Shown piece after piece: positions 1-9,126 of a stretch of DNA of 64,000 nucleotides. The notes beneath the pieces are model-generated. The model ran no database searches. It saw only the letters and a program-made list of their open reading frames with translations, and had not been told where the DNA came from. Position 1 is the first letter of the stretch; every line of letters starts with the position of its first letter. The position numbers were made by a program, and so were the translations under genes. This DNA is from Candidatus Pyrohabitans jungbluthii (lineage in GTDB: Archaea; Hydrothermarchaeota; Hydrothermarchaeia; Hydrothermarchaeales; BMS3B), in the NCBI GenBank assembly GCA_002010065.2, contig MTMD02000002.1, forward strand, positions 128,001 through 192,000, given 5' to 3'.

Positions 1-442
1 GCTGCTGGGAATAAGCGAGCGAAGTCTTGGAGACTTGCCAATAGAGGTAGTTTCCACTGGCTTACCGGCGCTGCTTGTGCATCTCTCGCGGAGAGAGGAG
101 CTTCTAAGGCTGAAGCCAGATTTTCCGGGCATCGCCCAGGCGTGCGCTCGGGCTAAGGCGGCTGGCATCTATGCCTTCGCCCTCTCAGGCAATGAAGCTG
201 AAGCGAGGTTCTTTGCGCCCCTCTGTGGCATAGATGAGGACCCGGTCACTGGCACCGCCGCAGGTGCGCTGCTCGCATATCTATTGCGCTATCGCGCGTT
301 CAAAGGCAGGAGGCTTATAATATCCCAGGGTAAAGTCCTGAGAAGGGAGGGGGAGATTTATGCAGAGCCTTGCGAGGATGGAAGGGTGAGAGTTGGTGGC
401 TACGCAACCACCTTCCTGCGGGGAGAAATCCTTGTGCCATGA
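1..442 (+). CDS. PhzF-family isomerase/epimerase (5' end probably upstream of window)
   Basis: Motifs STG, ARFFAP..GIDEDPVTGTAAG and QG...R.G typical of the PhzF/DAP-epimerase fold. Confidence 0.8.
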   Translation, partial: LLGISERSLGDLPIEVVSTGLPALLVHLSRREELLRLKPDFPGIAQACARAKAAGIYAFALSGNEAEARFFAPLCGIDEDPVTGTAAGALLAYLLRYRAFKGRRLIISQGKVLRREGEIYAEPCEDGRVRVGGYATTFLRGEILVP

Positions 443-495
443 TGTTCAAATTTTGTCATCGTCGTCACCCTGTGCACATTCTGCTGGTGGCGATA

Positions 496-1512
496 ATGAA
501 GGAGTTTATTTCAAAGGTTGTTGAAGGCAAGGATTTAAGCGAAGAAGAAGCTACGCAAGCGATGAAGCTCATAATGAGCGGCAAGGCGACGCCTGCTCAG
601 ATCGCAAGCTTTCTTACCGCCCTTCGCATGAAGGGTGAGACGATCACCGAAATCTCTGCCTTCGCTCGTGTTATGCGCGAGTTTGCAGCGCAGATTAACC
701 CTCGTGTTGACGGCAGACTTGTGGACACCTGTGGCACCGGTGGAGATAAGGTGAAAACCTTCAACATCTCAACCATAGCCGCCTTCGTTGTCGCTGGCGC
801 AGGCGTGCCCATAGCCAAGCACGGCAATCGCAGCGTCACCTCGAAGGCGGGGAGTGCAGATCTGCTCGAGGCGCTGGGGGTGAACCTAAACCTCTCACCA
901 AAGCAGGTAGAGAGCATTATAGAAAACATAGGCATAGGCTTTATGTTCGCTCCCACCTTTCACGGGGCCATGAAGTATGCGATAGGCCCGAGGAAGGAGA
1001 TAGGCATCCGCACGGTGTTCAATGTGCTTGGTCCGCTTACAAACCCCGCCAACGCCCAGGCGCAGGTCCTGGGGGTTTTCGACTCCGCGCTGGTGGAGCC
1101 TCTCGCGCAGGTTCTTGGTCGCCTTGGGGTGGAGCATGCGCTGGTGGTGCACGGCTTAGAAGGCCTGGACGAGATTTCCATCTGCGGAGAAACCTTAGTG
1201 GCGGAGCTCAAAAATGGAAGCGTGGAGACCTACACGCTTTCTCCAGAGGACTTCGGAATAAGGCGCGCCCGCGCCGAGGAGCTCGCTGGCAGAGACGCTC
1301 AGGGGAATGCAGAAATCGCTAAGGCGCTGCTAAAAGATCGCGAAGAGGGAGCGAGGCGCGATATAGTGGTGCTCAATGCGGCGGCGGGTATCTACGTTGG
1401 GGGTAAGGCGAAAAGCATCGACTCAGCTATAGACCAAGCGGAGAAGAGCATAGACTCCGGCGGAGCCTATGAGAAGCTCTTAGCTCTTGTGGAGGCGAGC
1501 AGGCAAAGCTAG
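496..1512 (+). CDS. trpD: Anthranilate phosphoribosyltransferase
   Basis: DTCGTGGD, FNIST, KHGNRSVTSKAGSAD, GLDE motifs; start re-assigned to ATG at 496 (MKEFI). Confidence 0.97.
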   Translation: MKEFISKVVEGKDLSEEEATQAMKLIMSGKATPAQIASFLTALRMKGETITEISAFARVMREFAAQINPRVDGRLVDTCGTGGDKVKTFNISTIAAFVVAGAGVPIAKHGNRSVTSKAGSADLLEALGVNLNLSPKQVESIIENIGIGFMFAPTFHGAMKYAIGPRKEIGIRTVFNVLGPLTNPANAQAQVLGVFDSALVEPLAQVLGRLGVEHALVVHGLEGLDEISICGETLVAELKNGSVETYTLSPEDFGIRRARAEELAGRDAQGNAEIAKALLKDREEGARRDIVVLNAAAGIYVGGKAKSIDSAIDQAEKSIDSGGAYEKLLALVEASRQS

Positions 1513-1573
1513 TTTCAAACTTTTCTGACGAGAAGCTACCGCCTTCTTCTGCCGCTGGGCAGGGCTGAAAGGA

Positions 1574-2215
1574 ATGGTTAAGGTAAAGATATGTGGGAAC
1601 ACAAGCATCGCTGACATTGAGTTGGTCTCTGAGCTAGGTGCAGACTTCGCAGGTTTTATAGTTGAGGTGCCCGTGGATACGCCGCGGAAGATTACCCTAG
1701 CTGAGGCTGAGAAGATAATGGAGGAGATGCCCTTTACCACCGCTGGCGTTATGGTTATAATGCCTCAGAGCGTGGAAGAAGCTTTGAACATGTACATGGC
1801 GGTTCGCCCCGACTTCCTTCAACTGCATGGCAACGAGTCTCCAAAGTTCGTGCGGGAGCTTCGCGGCTTGGTGTCGTGCAACATAATCAAAACCATCCAC
1901 GTCAAGGGCGAGGAAAGCATCTCCGAAGCTAAGCGCTACGTCAACTACGTGGATGCGATACTCCTGGACACCCCCTCTCCGCAGCAGGGAGGCTCAGGCA
2001 GGACCCACGACTGGGAGGTCTCGCGAAAAATAGTGGAGAGCATACCCAAGCCCGTGATACTTGCGGGAGGGCTTACCCCTGAGAACGTTGCCGAGGCTAT
2101 TGAGATAGTCAAGCCATACGCAGTGGACGTTTCCAGCGGCGTCGAAGCTGAGCCTGGAAAGAAGGACCCGGAGAAGGTCAGGCGCTTCATTGCCCAGGCA
2201 AAGGGATTGGAATGA
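1574..2215 (+). CDS. trpF: Phosphoribosylanthranilate isomerase
   Basis: VKICG, QLHGNE, LLDT, GGSG..HDW, LAGGLTPENV, VDVSSGVE. Confidence 0.97.
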   Translation: MVKVKICGNTSIADIELVSELGADFAGFIVEVPVDTPRKITLAEAEKIMEEMPFTTAGVMVIMPQSVEEALNMYMAVRPDFLQLHGNESPKFVRELRGLVSCNIIKTIHVKGEESISEAKRYVNYVDAILLDTPSPQQGGSGRTHDWEVSRKIVESIPKPVILAGGLTPENVAEAIEIVKPYAVDVSSGVEAEPGKKDPEKVRRFIAQAKGLE

Positions 2216-2775
2216 CAAAGCTCAAGGTGACTGTCTCCTCCAAGGAGGAGGCGAGACATGCTGTGCCTTTTGCCAGCGCCATAGGGGTTAGCGTAGATGT
2301 TAACAGCAGGGAGAGCATCCTTGCGGCAAGGGAGATATTCGCAAGTCTTCCTATCTTCCTATACACCGTGGCTGAGATTGAGCCGAGATTTGCTGCTCAA
2401 GCAATGCGCGTTTATGAGCTCGCTGCCCCTCACGCACTCGAAATTAGAGGAAGCGAAAAGCCTGAGTACCTCAAAAAACTACGCTCAAAGCTGGGGTGCC
2501 ATGTGATAAAGTCTCTCGAGGGTGGCGACGCAGAGAAGGTCGCGAAGTATGCGGAAGCCTGCGATGCCATCGCCATTAAGCTTGCTAAGCCTGAGGTGGA
2601 ACTTGGGCTCAGGTTGAAGGGCTTGACTCCCAAGCCCGTGATTTTCTCCTTTTACGAGGTTAATGAGAGCGTAGAGGATTTTCTGGCTGAGGTCAAGCCC
2701 TTTGCAATAAGCCTGAGCTTTAAGCAGCTTGCAGGGCAAAGGATTAATAGCCTCCTCGCCAAATTATCTCCATGA
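2212..2775 (+). CDS. Degenerate TrpF-like TIM-barrel protein (probably catalytically inactive)
   Basis: Collinear similarity to adjacent TrpF (LEIRGSEKPEYLKKLR vs LQLHGNESPKFVRELR; CHVIK vs CNIIK; PKPVI; VKPFAI vs VKPYAV) but catalytic Cys/Asp and phosphate-binding motifs absent. Confidence 0.7.
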   Translation: MTKLKVTVSSKEEARHAVPFASAIGVSVDVNSRESILAAREIFASLPIFLYTVAEIEPRFAAQAMRVYELAAPHALEIRGSEKPEYLKKLRSKLGCHVIKSLEGGDAEKVAKYAEACDAIAIKLAKPEVELGLRLKGLTPKPVIFSFYEVNESVEDFLAEVKPFAISLSFKQLAGQRINSLLAKLSP

Positions 2776-4142
2776 GGGAACTGTTTTCCTTCCTCTCTGA
2801 GGAGCGCGTTCTCGTTGATAAGGAAGACCTGCTCCTATACTCCTACGACGCAACGCCTTCACGAAGGTATCCCATCGCCGTGGTTAGGCCGGTAAGCACA
2901 GAAGAGGTTGTGGAAATCGTAAAGGTGGCTTCACGAAAGCGAATACCTCTCGTCGCTCGCGGTGCCGGCACGAGCCTGAGCGGTGCCCCACTTCCCTGCG
3001 AGGGCTGCATTGTGGTGGACTTCTCGCTGATGGATGAGATTATTGAAGTGGATGAGGTCAACGCCTTTGTTGCTGTGCAACCCGGCGTGGTGTATGAGGC
3101 GCTTAACCGTGAGCTGGCGAAGCACGGGCTCTTTTTTCCACCTGACCCTGGAAGCGGAAGCGTTTGCACCATCGCGGGCATGGTGGCAATGAACAGCTCA
3201 GGCATACGCGCCGTGAAGTATGGCACCACTCGCGACTACGTTGCCTCGCTTGAGGTTGTGCTCGGCACAGGCAGAGTTGTTAAGCTTGGCGGGAGGTACA
3301 AGAAGAGTTCATCCGGCTACGACCTCAAAAGCCTCTTCGTTGGGAGTGAGGGGACGCTGGGGCTCTTTACAGAGATAGGGCTCCGCGTGATACCTAGGCC
3401 AAACCACCACGCGGCTATGATTGCGCACTTCGACGACTTCACAGAAGCTGGGAAGGCTATAACCCAAGCTATGGCAAAGCGCCTTGACGTGGCTGTGCTG
3501 GAGGTTATGGACTCCCTGGTTGTGGAAGCCGTGGAAAGCTTCTCAGGCATAAACCTGGGCTCAGCCGAGGCTCTCGTCTTAGCTGAGGTTGAGGGCTTTG
3601 ACGCTAACGTTAAGGAGGAGATTCGCAGGATTGCGCAGGTTTTCACCCGGAGAGGGGCGAAGGTGGAGCTTGCCTTCGACGAGGCAGAGATCGCTCGCCT
3701 GTGGCGTGCTCGAAAGGCTGCACTTCCAGCGTTGGCGCGCCTCGCAAGCACACTGCTGCTCGAAGATATCACTGTGCCCGTCTCGGCGCTGCCCGAGATG
3801 ATGCGTAGAATTCGCGGCATTGGCCAGAGGCATAACATTAGAATCGCCACCTTTGGTCACGCTGGAGACGGCAACCTGCACCCAACTTTTCTCGTAGAGA
3901 ACGAGGAGGAGATGCGCAGGGTGAGCGCTGCGATAGAGGAACTGTTCAGGGAGTGCCTCTCTCTCGGGGGCACCCTCTCGGGAGAGCACGGCATTGGCAC
4001 CGAGAAGCGCCGGTATTTCGAGCTTGAGCACGGCTACGCAACGCAGGTAATGCGCGAGATAAAGCGCGCCCTTGACCCAAAGAACATCCTCAACCCAGGA
4101 AAGATTTTTTATGGAAGGCAAGCTTATTTTAAGCTGAGATGA
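2772..4142 (+). CDS. FAD-linked oxidase, GlcD/D-lactate dehydrogenase family
   Basis: RGAGTSLSG, PPDPGS, GSEGTLG, GHAGDGNLH, SGEHGIG, DPKNILNPGK. Confidence 0.92.
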   Translation: MRELFSFLSEERVLVDKEDLLLYSYDATPSRRYPIAVVRPVSTEEVVEIVKVASRKRIPLVARGAGTSLSGAPLPCEGCIVVDFSLMDEIIEVDEVNAFVAVQPGVVYEALNRELAKHGLFFPPDPGSGSVCTIAGMVAMNSSGIRAVKYGTTRDYVASLEVVLGTGRVVKLGGRYKKSSSGYDLKSLFVGSEGTLGLFTEIGLRVIPRPNHHAAMIAHFDDFTEAGKAITQAMAKRLDVAVLEVMDSLVVEAVESFSGINLGSAEALVLAEVEGFDANVKEEIRRIAQVFTRRGAKVELAFDEAEIARLWRARKAALPALARLASTLLLEDITVPVSALPEMMRRIRGIGQRHNIRIATFGHAGDGNLHPTFLVENEEEMRRVSAAIEELFRECLSLGGTLSGEHGIGTEKRRYFELEHGYATQVMREIKRALDPKNILNPGKIFYGRQAYFKLR

Positions 4143-4672
4143 AAAAGAGGCTTCTATTGCATGTGTGCTGCGCTCCAGACGCTACTGTGCCCTACCAGCG
4201 ACTCAAAGATGAGTACGAGGTAATCGCCTTCTTCTACAACCCCAACATCCACGGAGAGGAGGAGTATCAGAAGCGCCTGCACGAGGTGGAGAGGCTTGCG
4301 AAGCTCTGGGACTTCCCTCTAATAGTTGGGGAGTACAACGTGGAGCAGTGGTTCAGCGCAGTTCGAGGCCTTGAGGATGAGCCAGAAGGGGGCAAGCGCT
4401 GCGAGGTGTGCTACTCGCTGCGCTTGGAGGAGACGGCAAAGCTTGCGAAGGAGCTTGGATGCGAGGCTTTTGCAACAGTGCTCACCATAAGCCCCCACAA
4501 GAAGGCGGAGAAAATAAACGCCATAGGTAAAGAAGCAGGCGAAAGACACGGCATCGCTTACCTTGAGTCTGACTTCAAGAAGAAGGATGGGTTTAAAGAG
4601 AGTGTCAGGATAAGCAGAGAGCTTAATCTCTACCGGCAGAACTACTGCGGCTGCAGGTTTTCTATGAGGTAG
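4139..4672 (+). CDS. queH: Epoxyqueuosine reductase QueH (DUF208) family protein
   Basis: LLHVCCAPD, FYNPNIH..EY..R, RCEVC, SPHK, YRQNYCGCRFS. Confidence 0.88.
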   Translation: MKKRLLLHVCCAPDATVPYQRLKDEYEVIAFFYNPNIHGEEEYQKRLHEVERLAKLWDFPLIVGEYNVEQWFSAVRGLEDEPEGGKRCEVCYSLRLEETAKLAKELGCEAFATVLTISPHKKAEKINAIGKEAGERHGIAYLESDFKKKDGFKESVRISRELNLYRQNYCGCRFSMR

Positions 4673-4673
4673 C

Positions 4674-5648
4674 TCATTCTAAAATAGTGGTGTTCCAGGG
4701 CAGGGAGCTGAACTGCACAACCTCGCCTGGCAAGACATCGTGGCGTATTGCTATCTTGTCCTCACCAACGAAAACAACTGTGGAGTTCCACGGATATCCC
4801 ACACTTACGGTATCTCCAGCCTTTAGAAGAAGCTCAAGCGTAATGGTTTCACCAGCCTCGGAGACCCTTGCCTTTATATTCATGCCCGGCAGCTCAACCA
4901 CATCACCCTCGCTGGCAGCCCCGAAAACTGATTCAAACTCCTCCTTTGAGACCACAACAAACCGCTTCAGGTACTCCACGCGGGGGATCTCGTCATATAT
5001 AGGGATTACCGTCACGAGCTCAGGGTTTACATCGCCGTACGCCTCACTCGGGGCAAGGGTAACCGTCTTTGTTTCGTTTATTCTCATCCCGAGCACCGCT
5101 CTTTCAAATCCGCTTATCACCTCGCCACTGCCAAGAGTGAAGGTGAAGGGCTTATAGCTACCACGGAGGTCAAACTCCTGCGCCTTAGGTATACTCTGGT
5201 CCCTCGCTATTTCCTCAATCGTCGTATCGAAGACCTGGCCATTCTCAAGTCTCCCTATATAGTCTACAGTTACGACGTCTCCTTCCTGCGCCACCTTAGG
5301 GTTAGCCACACCCTCACGCGATATATTGAGAAGCCTGACAGTGAAGGTGAGCGTTTTGCCAGCAAGGGGATGGTTATTGTCTATGAAGGCATGTGTGCCA
5401 TTGGTGTAGATCATCACCATGCCAAAGGGGGTCATAACTGTGGTATTCTCCACATTGTGGTGAAGCTTTATTGGGGGCAGCAAGGGCTCAGACTCAGGCG
5501 CCTCCTCCGGAAGTGTTTCCCCCTCAGGCTTTGAGCCAAAGAGGTTGAAAACAACACCGCTCGCCAGGATGCCGCCCACCATTATAACAAGGATGAACCA
5601 CAGCCAAAGGCGGGAGTTCTTCTCGGGTTTATTTCCTTTGCTTCTCAT
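4674..5648 (-). CDS. Membrane-anchored FKBP-type (SlyD-like) peptidyl-prolyl isomerase, circularly permuted
   Basis: N-terminal TM helix; NHPLAGKTLTFTV precedes GDVVTVDYIGRLENGQVFDT, GFERAVLGM and EAYG; start at ATG 5648. Confidence 0.85.
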   Translation of the reverse strand: MRSKGNKPEKNSRLWLWFILVIMVGGILASGVVFNLFGSKPEGETLPEEAPESEPLLPPIKLHHNVENTTVMTPFGMVMIYTNGTHAFIDNNHPLAGKTLTFTVRLLNISREGVANPKVAQEGDVVTVDYIGRLENGQVFDTTIEEIARDQSIPKAQEFDLRGSYKPFTFTLGSGEVISGFERAVLGMRINETKTVTLAPSEAYGDVNPELVTVIPIYDEIPRVEYLKRFVVVSKEEFESVFGAASEGDVVELPGMNIKARVSEAGETITLELLLKAGDTVSVGYPWNSTVVFVGEDKIAIRHDVLPGEVVQFSSLPWNTTILE

Positions 5649-5671
5649 CGCACAAGCTTGCACGCTGCTCT

Positions 5672-6208
5672 TTATATAGTTTTCCTCGAATTGTTCCCGC
5701 AAGCTCTCGCGTAAAGTTTAGCCACCCCTTCCACGACCTCCTCTACGCTTAGCTTACTGGTGTCCACCATGTAGTCGTGGTTCGCATAGTAAGGGGCGCG
5801 CTGCTCCATGAGCTCCTTTATCCTTCTCAGAGGATTATCTACCCTAAGCAGGGGTCGTGAGGTATCACCGCGAAGGCGCTGGTATATCACCTCGGGCTCA
5901 GCGTGCAGATACACTATAACTCCATTCTTGCGGAGGTTGGAGATGTTCTCCTTGTTGAGCACAACCCCCCCGCCGGTTACTATCACACAGCCTTCGAGCT
6001 TTGAAACCTCCTCCACCACGCGGCGCTCCAGCTCCCGAAAGTGTGGCTCGCCGTGCTTCTGGAAAATTTCCGCAATCTTCATCCCTGCCCTGCGCTCTAT
6101 CTCCTCGTCGGTATCCACGAAGCGCAGCCCGAGCTTAGCTGCCAGAGCTTTGCCCACTGTGCTCTTTCCAGCGCCCATGAATCCTGTGAGTACGAGATTC
6201 TTCTTCAT
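5672..6208 (-). CDS. aroK: Shikimate kinase (bacterial-type, NMP-kinase fold)
   Basis: GFMGAGKS Walker A, DTDEEIE, GEPHFRELE, TGGG, RPLL, R.PYY. Confidence 0.93.
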   Translation of the reverse strand: MKKNLVLTGFMGAGKSTVGKALAAKLGLRFVDTDEEIERRAGMKIAEIFQKHGEPHFRELERRVVEEVSKLEGCVIVTGGGVVLNKENISNLRKNGVIVYLHAEPEVIYQRLRGDTSRPLLRVDNPLRRIKELMEQRAPYYANHDYMVDTSKLSVEEVVEGVAKLYARACGNNSRKTI

Positions 6209-6284
6209 GATTCTTCCCCTTACGCACAGCATTGTAACGAGCTCAATCCCTAAAGCTTTATATTAAGGCGTGCTAAATATTAGC

Positions 6285-7592
6285 ATGGTTAGAGTTGCGA
6301 TAATCGGCGGCAGCGGCGAATTTGGCAGACTTTTTGCGAGAGTTTTCGCCGAGGAGGGGCACGAGGTTGTTATCACGGGCAGAGACCAGGCAAAGGGGGA
6401 GCGAGTAGCTAAGGAGATAGGTGTGCGCTTCTCGCGAGATAACGTCGCTGCCGCGAAGTGGGGGGACATAGTGATAATAAGCGTGTACATAGACAACACT
6501 GTCGAGGTTATAAAGCAGGTGGCGCCGCACGTGCGGGAGGGCTCGCTTCTAATGGATGTCACCAGTGTAAAGGTGGAGCCGTGCAAAGCGATGCTCGCCC
6601 ATGCCAGGCGAGGCGTGGAGATTATAGGCACCCACCCTATGTTCGGACCCCGCGTAACCAGCTTCGAAGGCTTGGTGTTCATCCTCACGCCGTTGCGAGG
6701 AGAGAAGTGGAAGCGCTGGCTTCTCGAGTGGCTGGAGAAGCACAAGGCGAGGGTGATAGTAACCACGCCAGAGGAGCACGACAGAATAATGAGCGTTGTT
6801 CAGTGCCTGACCCACTTCACCTACATAAGCGTAGCCTCAACGCTACGCGAGCTTGGCATTGACGTTAAATACTCCCGCCGCTTTGCCTCGCCGATTTATG
6901 AGCTGATGCTGGACCTTATCGCGCGCATTGTGGGGCAGAACCCCCACCTCTACGCCAGCATACAGATGCACAACCCCCTCGCCACGAAGGTGCACGACAC
7001 CTTCATATCGCAGGCTTCCAAGCTGCGTGGGATAGTCGCAGCCAAAGACAAGCGCGCTTTCGTTGACCTCATGGCCAAGGCAGCGCGTCACATGGGCGAC
7101 GTCGAGGCGGCGATGGGGCGCAGCGACAAAGCTATACACGCGCTGAGCGAGGAGCTCAAAAAGCTCAAGGAGAGCATAGGCAAAGAGGTTGCGCTCCGCC
7201 ACCTCTACTCTGGAGCGGTGCATATGGGCAGGGTGGTGGAGGTTGACCCGGAGAAGGTTACGCTCATAGCAGGCAAGAAAAAGGTAACCCTCAAGATAGC
7301 CAATGTGGAGCTTCTGCCCGAGGAGGAGCTTCTGCGCTACAAAGCTGAGCACCTGCCAAAGGAAAGGCGGGACTTTTCTGTTGTTTTGCCGGAGGGTGCG
7401 GATGAGAAATTTATCGCATCGCTCCTTCGGCACAGCATACGTGGAGCACTCACCTGCGAGGTCATAGACATCTACCGCGGAAAGCAGATTCCCCAGGGAA
7501 TGAAAAGCGTTACCTTCCGCGTGATTGGCGTTGACCTCGACTTTGCACAGGTGGAGCGCTTCCTGCGCGGCATAGGTGGTAGGCTAAGATGA
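6285..7592 (+). CDS. tyrA: Prephenate dehydrogenase with C-terminal extension (FDX-ACB-like domain)
   Basis: IIGGSGEFG, DVTSVK, HPMFGP, HD..MS.VQ.LTH; tail DIYRGKQIPQGMKSVTFRV. Confidence 0.92.
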   Translation: MVRVAIIGGSGEFGRLFARVFAEEGHEVVITGRDQAKGERVAKEIGVRFSRDNVAAAKWGDIVIISVYIDNTVEVIKQVAPHVREGSLLMDVTSVKVEPCKAMLAHARRGVEIIGTHPMFGPRVTSFEGLVFILTPLRGEKWKRWLLEWLEKHKARVIVTTPEEHDRIMSVVQCLTHFTYISVASTLRELGIDVKYSRRFASPIYELMLDLIARIVGQNPHLYASIQMHNPLATKVHDTFISQASKLRGIVAAKDKRAFVDLMAKAARHMGDVEAAMGRSDKAIHALSEELKKLKESIGKEVALRHLYSGAVHMGRVVEVDPEKVTLIAGKKKVTLKIANVELLPEEELLRYKAEHLPKERRDFSVVLPEGADEKFIASLLRHSIRGALTCEVIDIYRGKQIPQGMKSVTFRVIGVDLDFAQVERFLRGIGGRLR

Positions 7593-8141
7593 GCTCTTCT
7601 TCCTTTCTTTTATGTAATCCTCCACCATGCCAAAGGTGATGAAGAGCAGCAAAACAAGCAGCAGAACCTTTACAAGACCATACTTCGCCGCAAGCTCTGT
7701 GAAGAGCACCTTAACCCAGCCAACTTTGGGTATCCAGAACACCACCTTCCCGCGGAGGTACTGCTCGCTCACCGGCGGGGCTAGCATGACGCGGGGGTCC
7801 TGGTCGGGGTAGGGATTCGTGAGGTTATTGTCGCCCTTGGTTATAAAGTACAGCTTTCCGTCTATCTCCTCAATCGCCACGACGCGGTGCACTACAGGTA
7901 TGTGCTTAAACGGGTTGTAGTAGACTATTATGTCCCCAACCTTCACATCCTCTGGCTCTACTCCCTTTATAACCACAAGGTCGCCCTTGCTGAACGTCGG
8001 TTCCATGCTGCTGCTCACGACCGCCATCACCGGCTTCTCTGCGCCAAGCACTAAGCCCAGGCCAAAGTTTAAGGCAATAGCGAGGATGAGCCCTATTACG
8101 ATGTACCTGCCTGTGTCTAAGAGTTCGCTTTTCACATCCAT
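7584..8141 (-). CDS. sec11: Signal peptidase I (Sec11 type)
   Basis: VVSSSMEP, VVHRV, TKGDNN; N- and C-terminal TM helices. Confidence 0.93.
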   Translation of the reverse strand: MDVKSELLDTGRYIVIGLILAIALNFGLGLVLGAEKPVMAVVSSSMEPTFSKGDLVVIKGVEPEDVKVGDIIVYYNPFKHIPVVHRVVAIEEIDGKLYFITKGDNNLTNPYPDQDPRVMLAPPVSEQYLRGKVVFWIPKVGWVKVLFTELAAKYGLVKVLLLVLLLFITFGMVEDYIKERKKSSS

Positions 8142-8178
8142 TATTGCTTTACCCGCAAAGATATTCTCTGAAAAATAT

Positions 8179-9123
8179 TTAAAATTCTCCAAGCTGCTCC
8201 ACGCTACACTCGCTTGCGGGCTTATCTAAGCGGAGTCTCACGAAACGGGGCATGCGCAGCCTTAAATCGCGGGTCACCGAGTCGTACGCTATTTCAGCTA
8301 CGAACTCTGGCTTTACAAAGCTCGCCTCCTTCACACCTTCATAGCCAGCCAGCTCCAGAGAGTTCACGCGAAGCTTTTCAAGCTGCTCTCTCAAGCTACG
8401 TAGCGTGGCTTCGTCAAAACCTGTGCCCACCTTGCCCACGTAGCGCAGCTCGTCGCCATGATAGAGCGCAAGTAGGAGCGCCCCAAAGCTCTCCTCTCGC
8501 TCACCTTTGCCTTTTGTGAAGCCTACAATAATGCAGTCCACACTCTTAATCCGCTTTATCTTGAGCCAATCGCTGCTTCGCTTTCCAGGATCGTAGATGC
8601 TCTTCTTCCGCTTCGCCACTATGCCCTCGAGGCCAAGTTTAAGCACAGCCTCGTAGTAAGCCTCGCCGTGCTCCTCAACGAAGTCTGCTATGACTACGTG
8701 TTTCCCCTCCCTCAGCGCTTCCCTCAGCACCTCCTTTCGCTTCATGAGGGGCGTGTTAAGTAGCGACTCGCCTCTATAAGCCAAGATGTCAAACACCACG
8801 TAGCTCGCTGGAAAGCGCTTCGCCAGGTAGGCGACGCGCTCCTGCGGGGCGTTGAGCCTCTCTATCGCAAGCTGAAAGTCTGGCTTGCCCCCGCGAAGCA
8901 CCACAATCTCGCCGTCGAGAATCGCTTTGCTGGAGACCAGCTCCTTGAGCTCCGTAAGCTCCGGAAAGGCTTCGAGCAGCTCATTACCCCGCCTGCTCCT
9001 TATGCTCAGCTTGGTGTCAATATAACTTATGGCGCGAATCCCATCCCACTTAACCTCAAAAATCCAATCGGGCGAAGAAAAGGGCTTTCTTGCTGTCTTT
9101 GCAAGCATCGGTTTAATAAACAT
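8179..9123 (-). CDS. ATP-dependent DNA ligase, NHEJ LigD-type ligase module (stand-alone)
   Basis: Motif I EVKWDG, ILDGE, VFDIL, EGIVAK, WLKIK, VGTGF, RMPRF. Confidence 0.95.
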   Translation of the reverse strand: MFIKPMLAKTARKPFSSPDWIFEVKWDGIRAISYIDTKLSIRSRRGNELLEAFPELTELKELVSSKAILDGEIVVLRGGKPDFQLAIERLNAPQERVAYLAKRFPASYVVFDILAYRGESLLNTPLMKRKEVLREALREGKHVVIADFVEEHGEAYYEAVLKLGLEGIVAKRKKSIYDPGKRSSDWLKIKRIKSVDCIIVGFTKGKGEREESFGALLLALYHGDELRYVGKVGTGFDEATLRSLREQLEKLRVNSLELAGYEGVKEASFVKPEFVAEIAYDSVTRDLRLRMPRFVRLRLDKPASECSVEQLGEF

Positions 9124-9126
9124 CTT

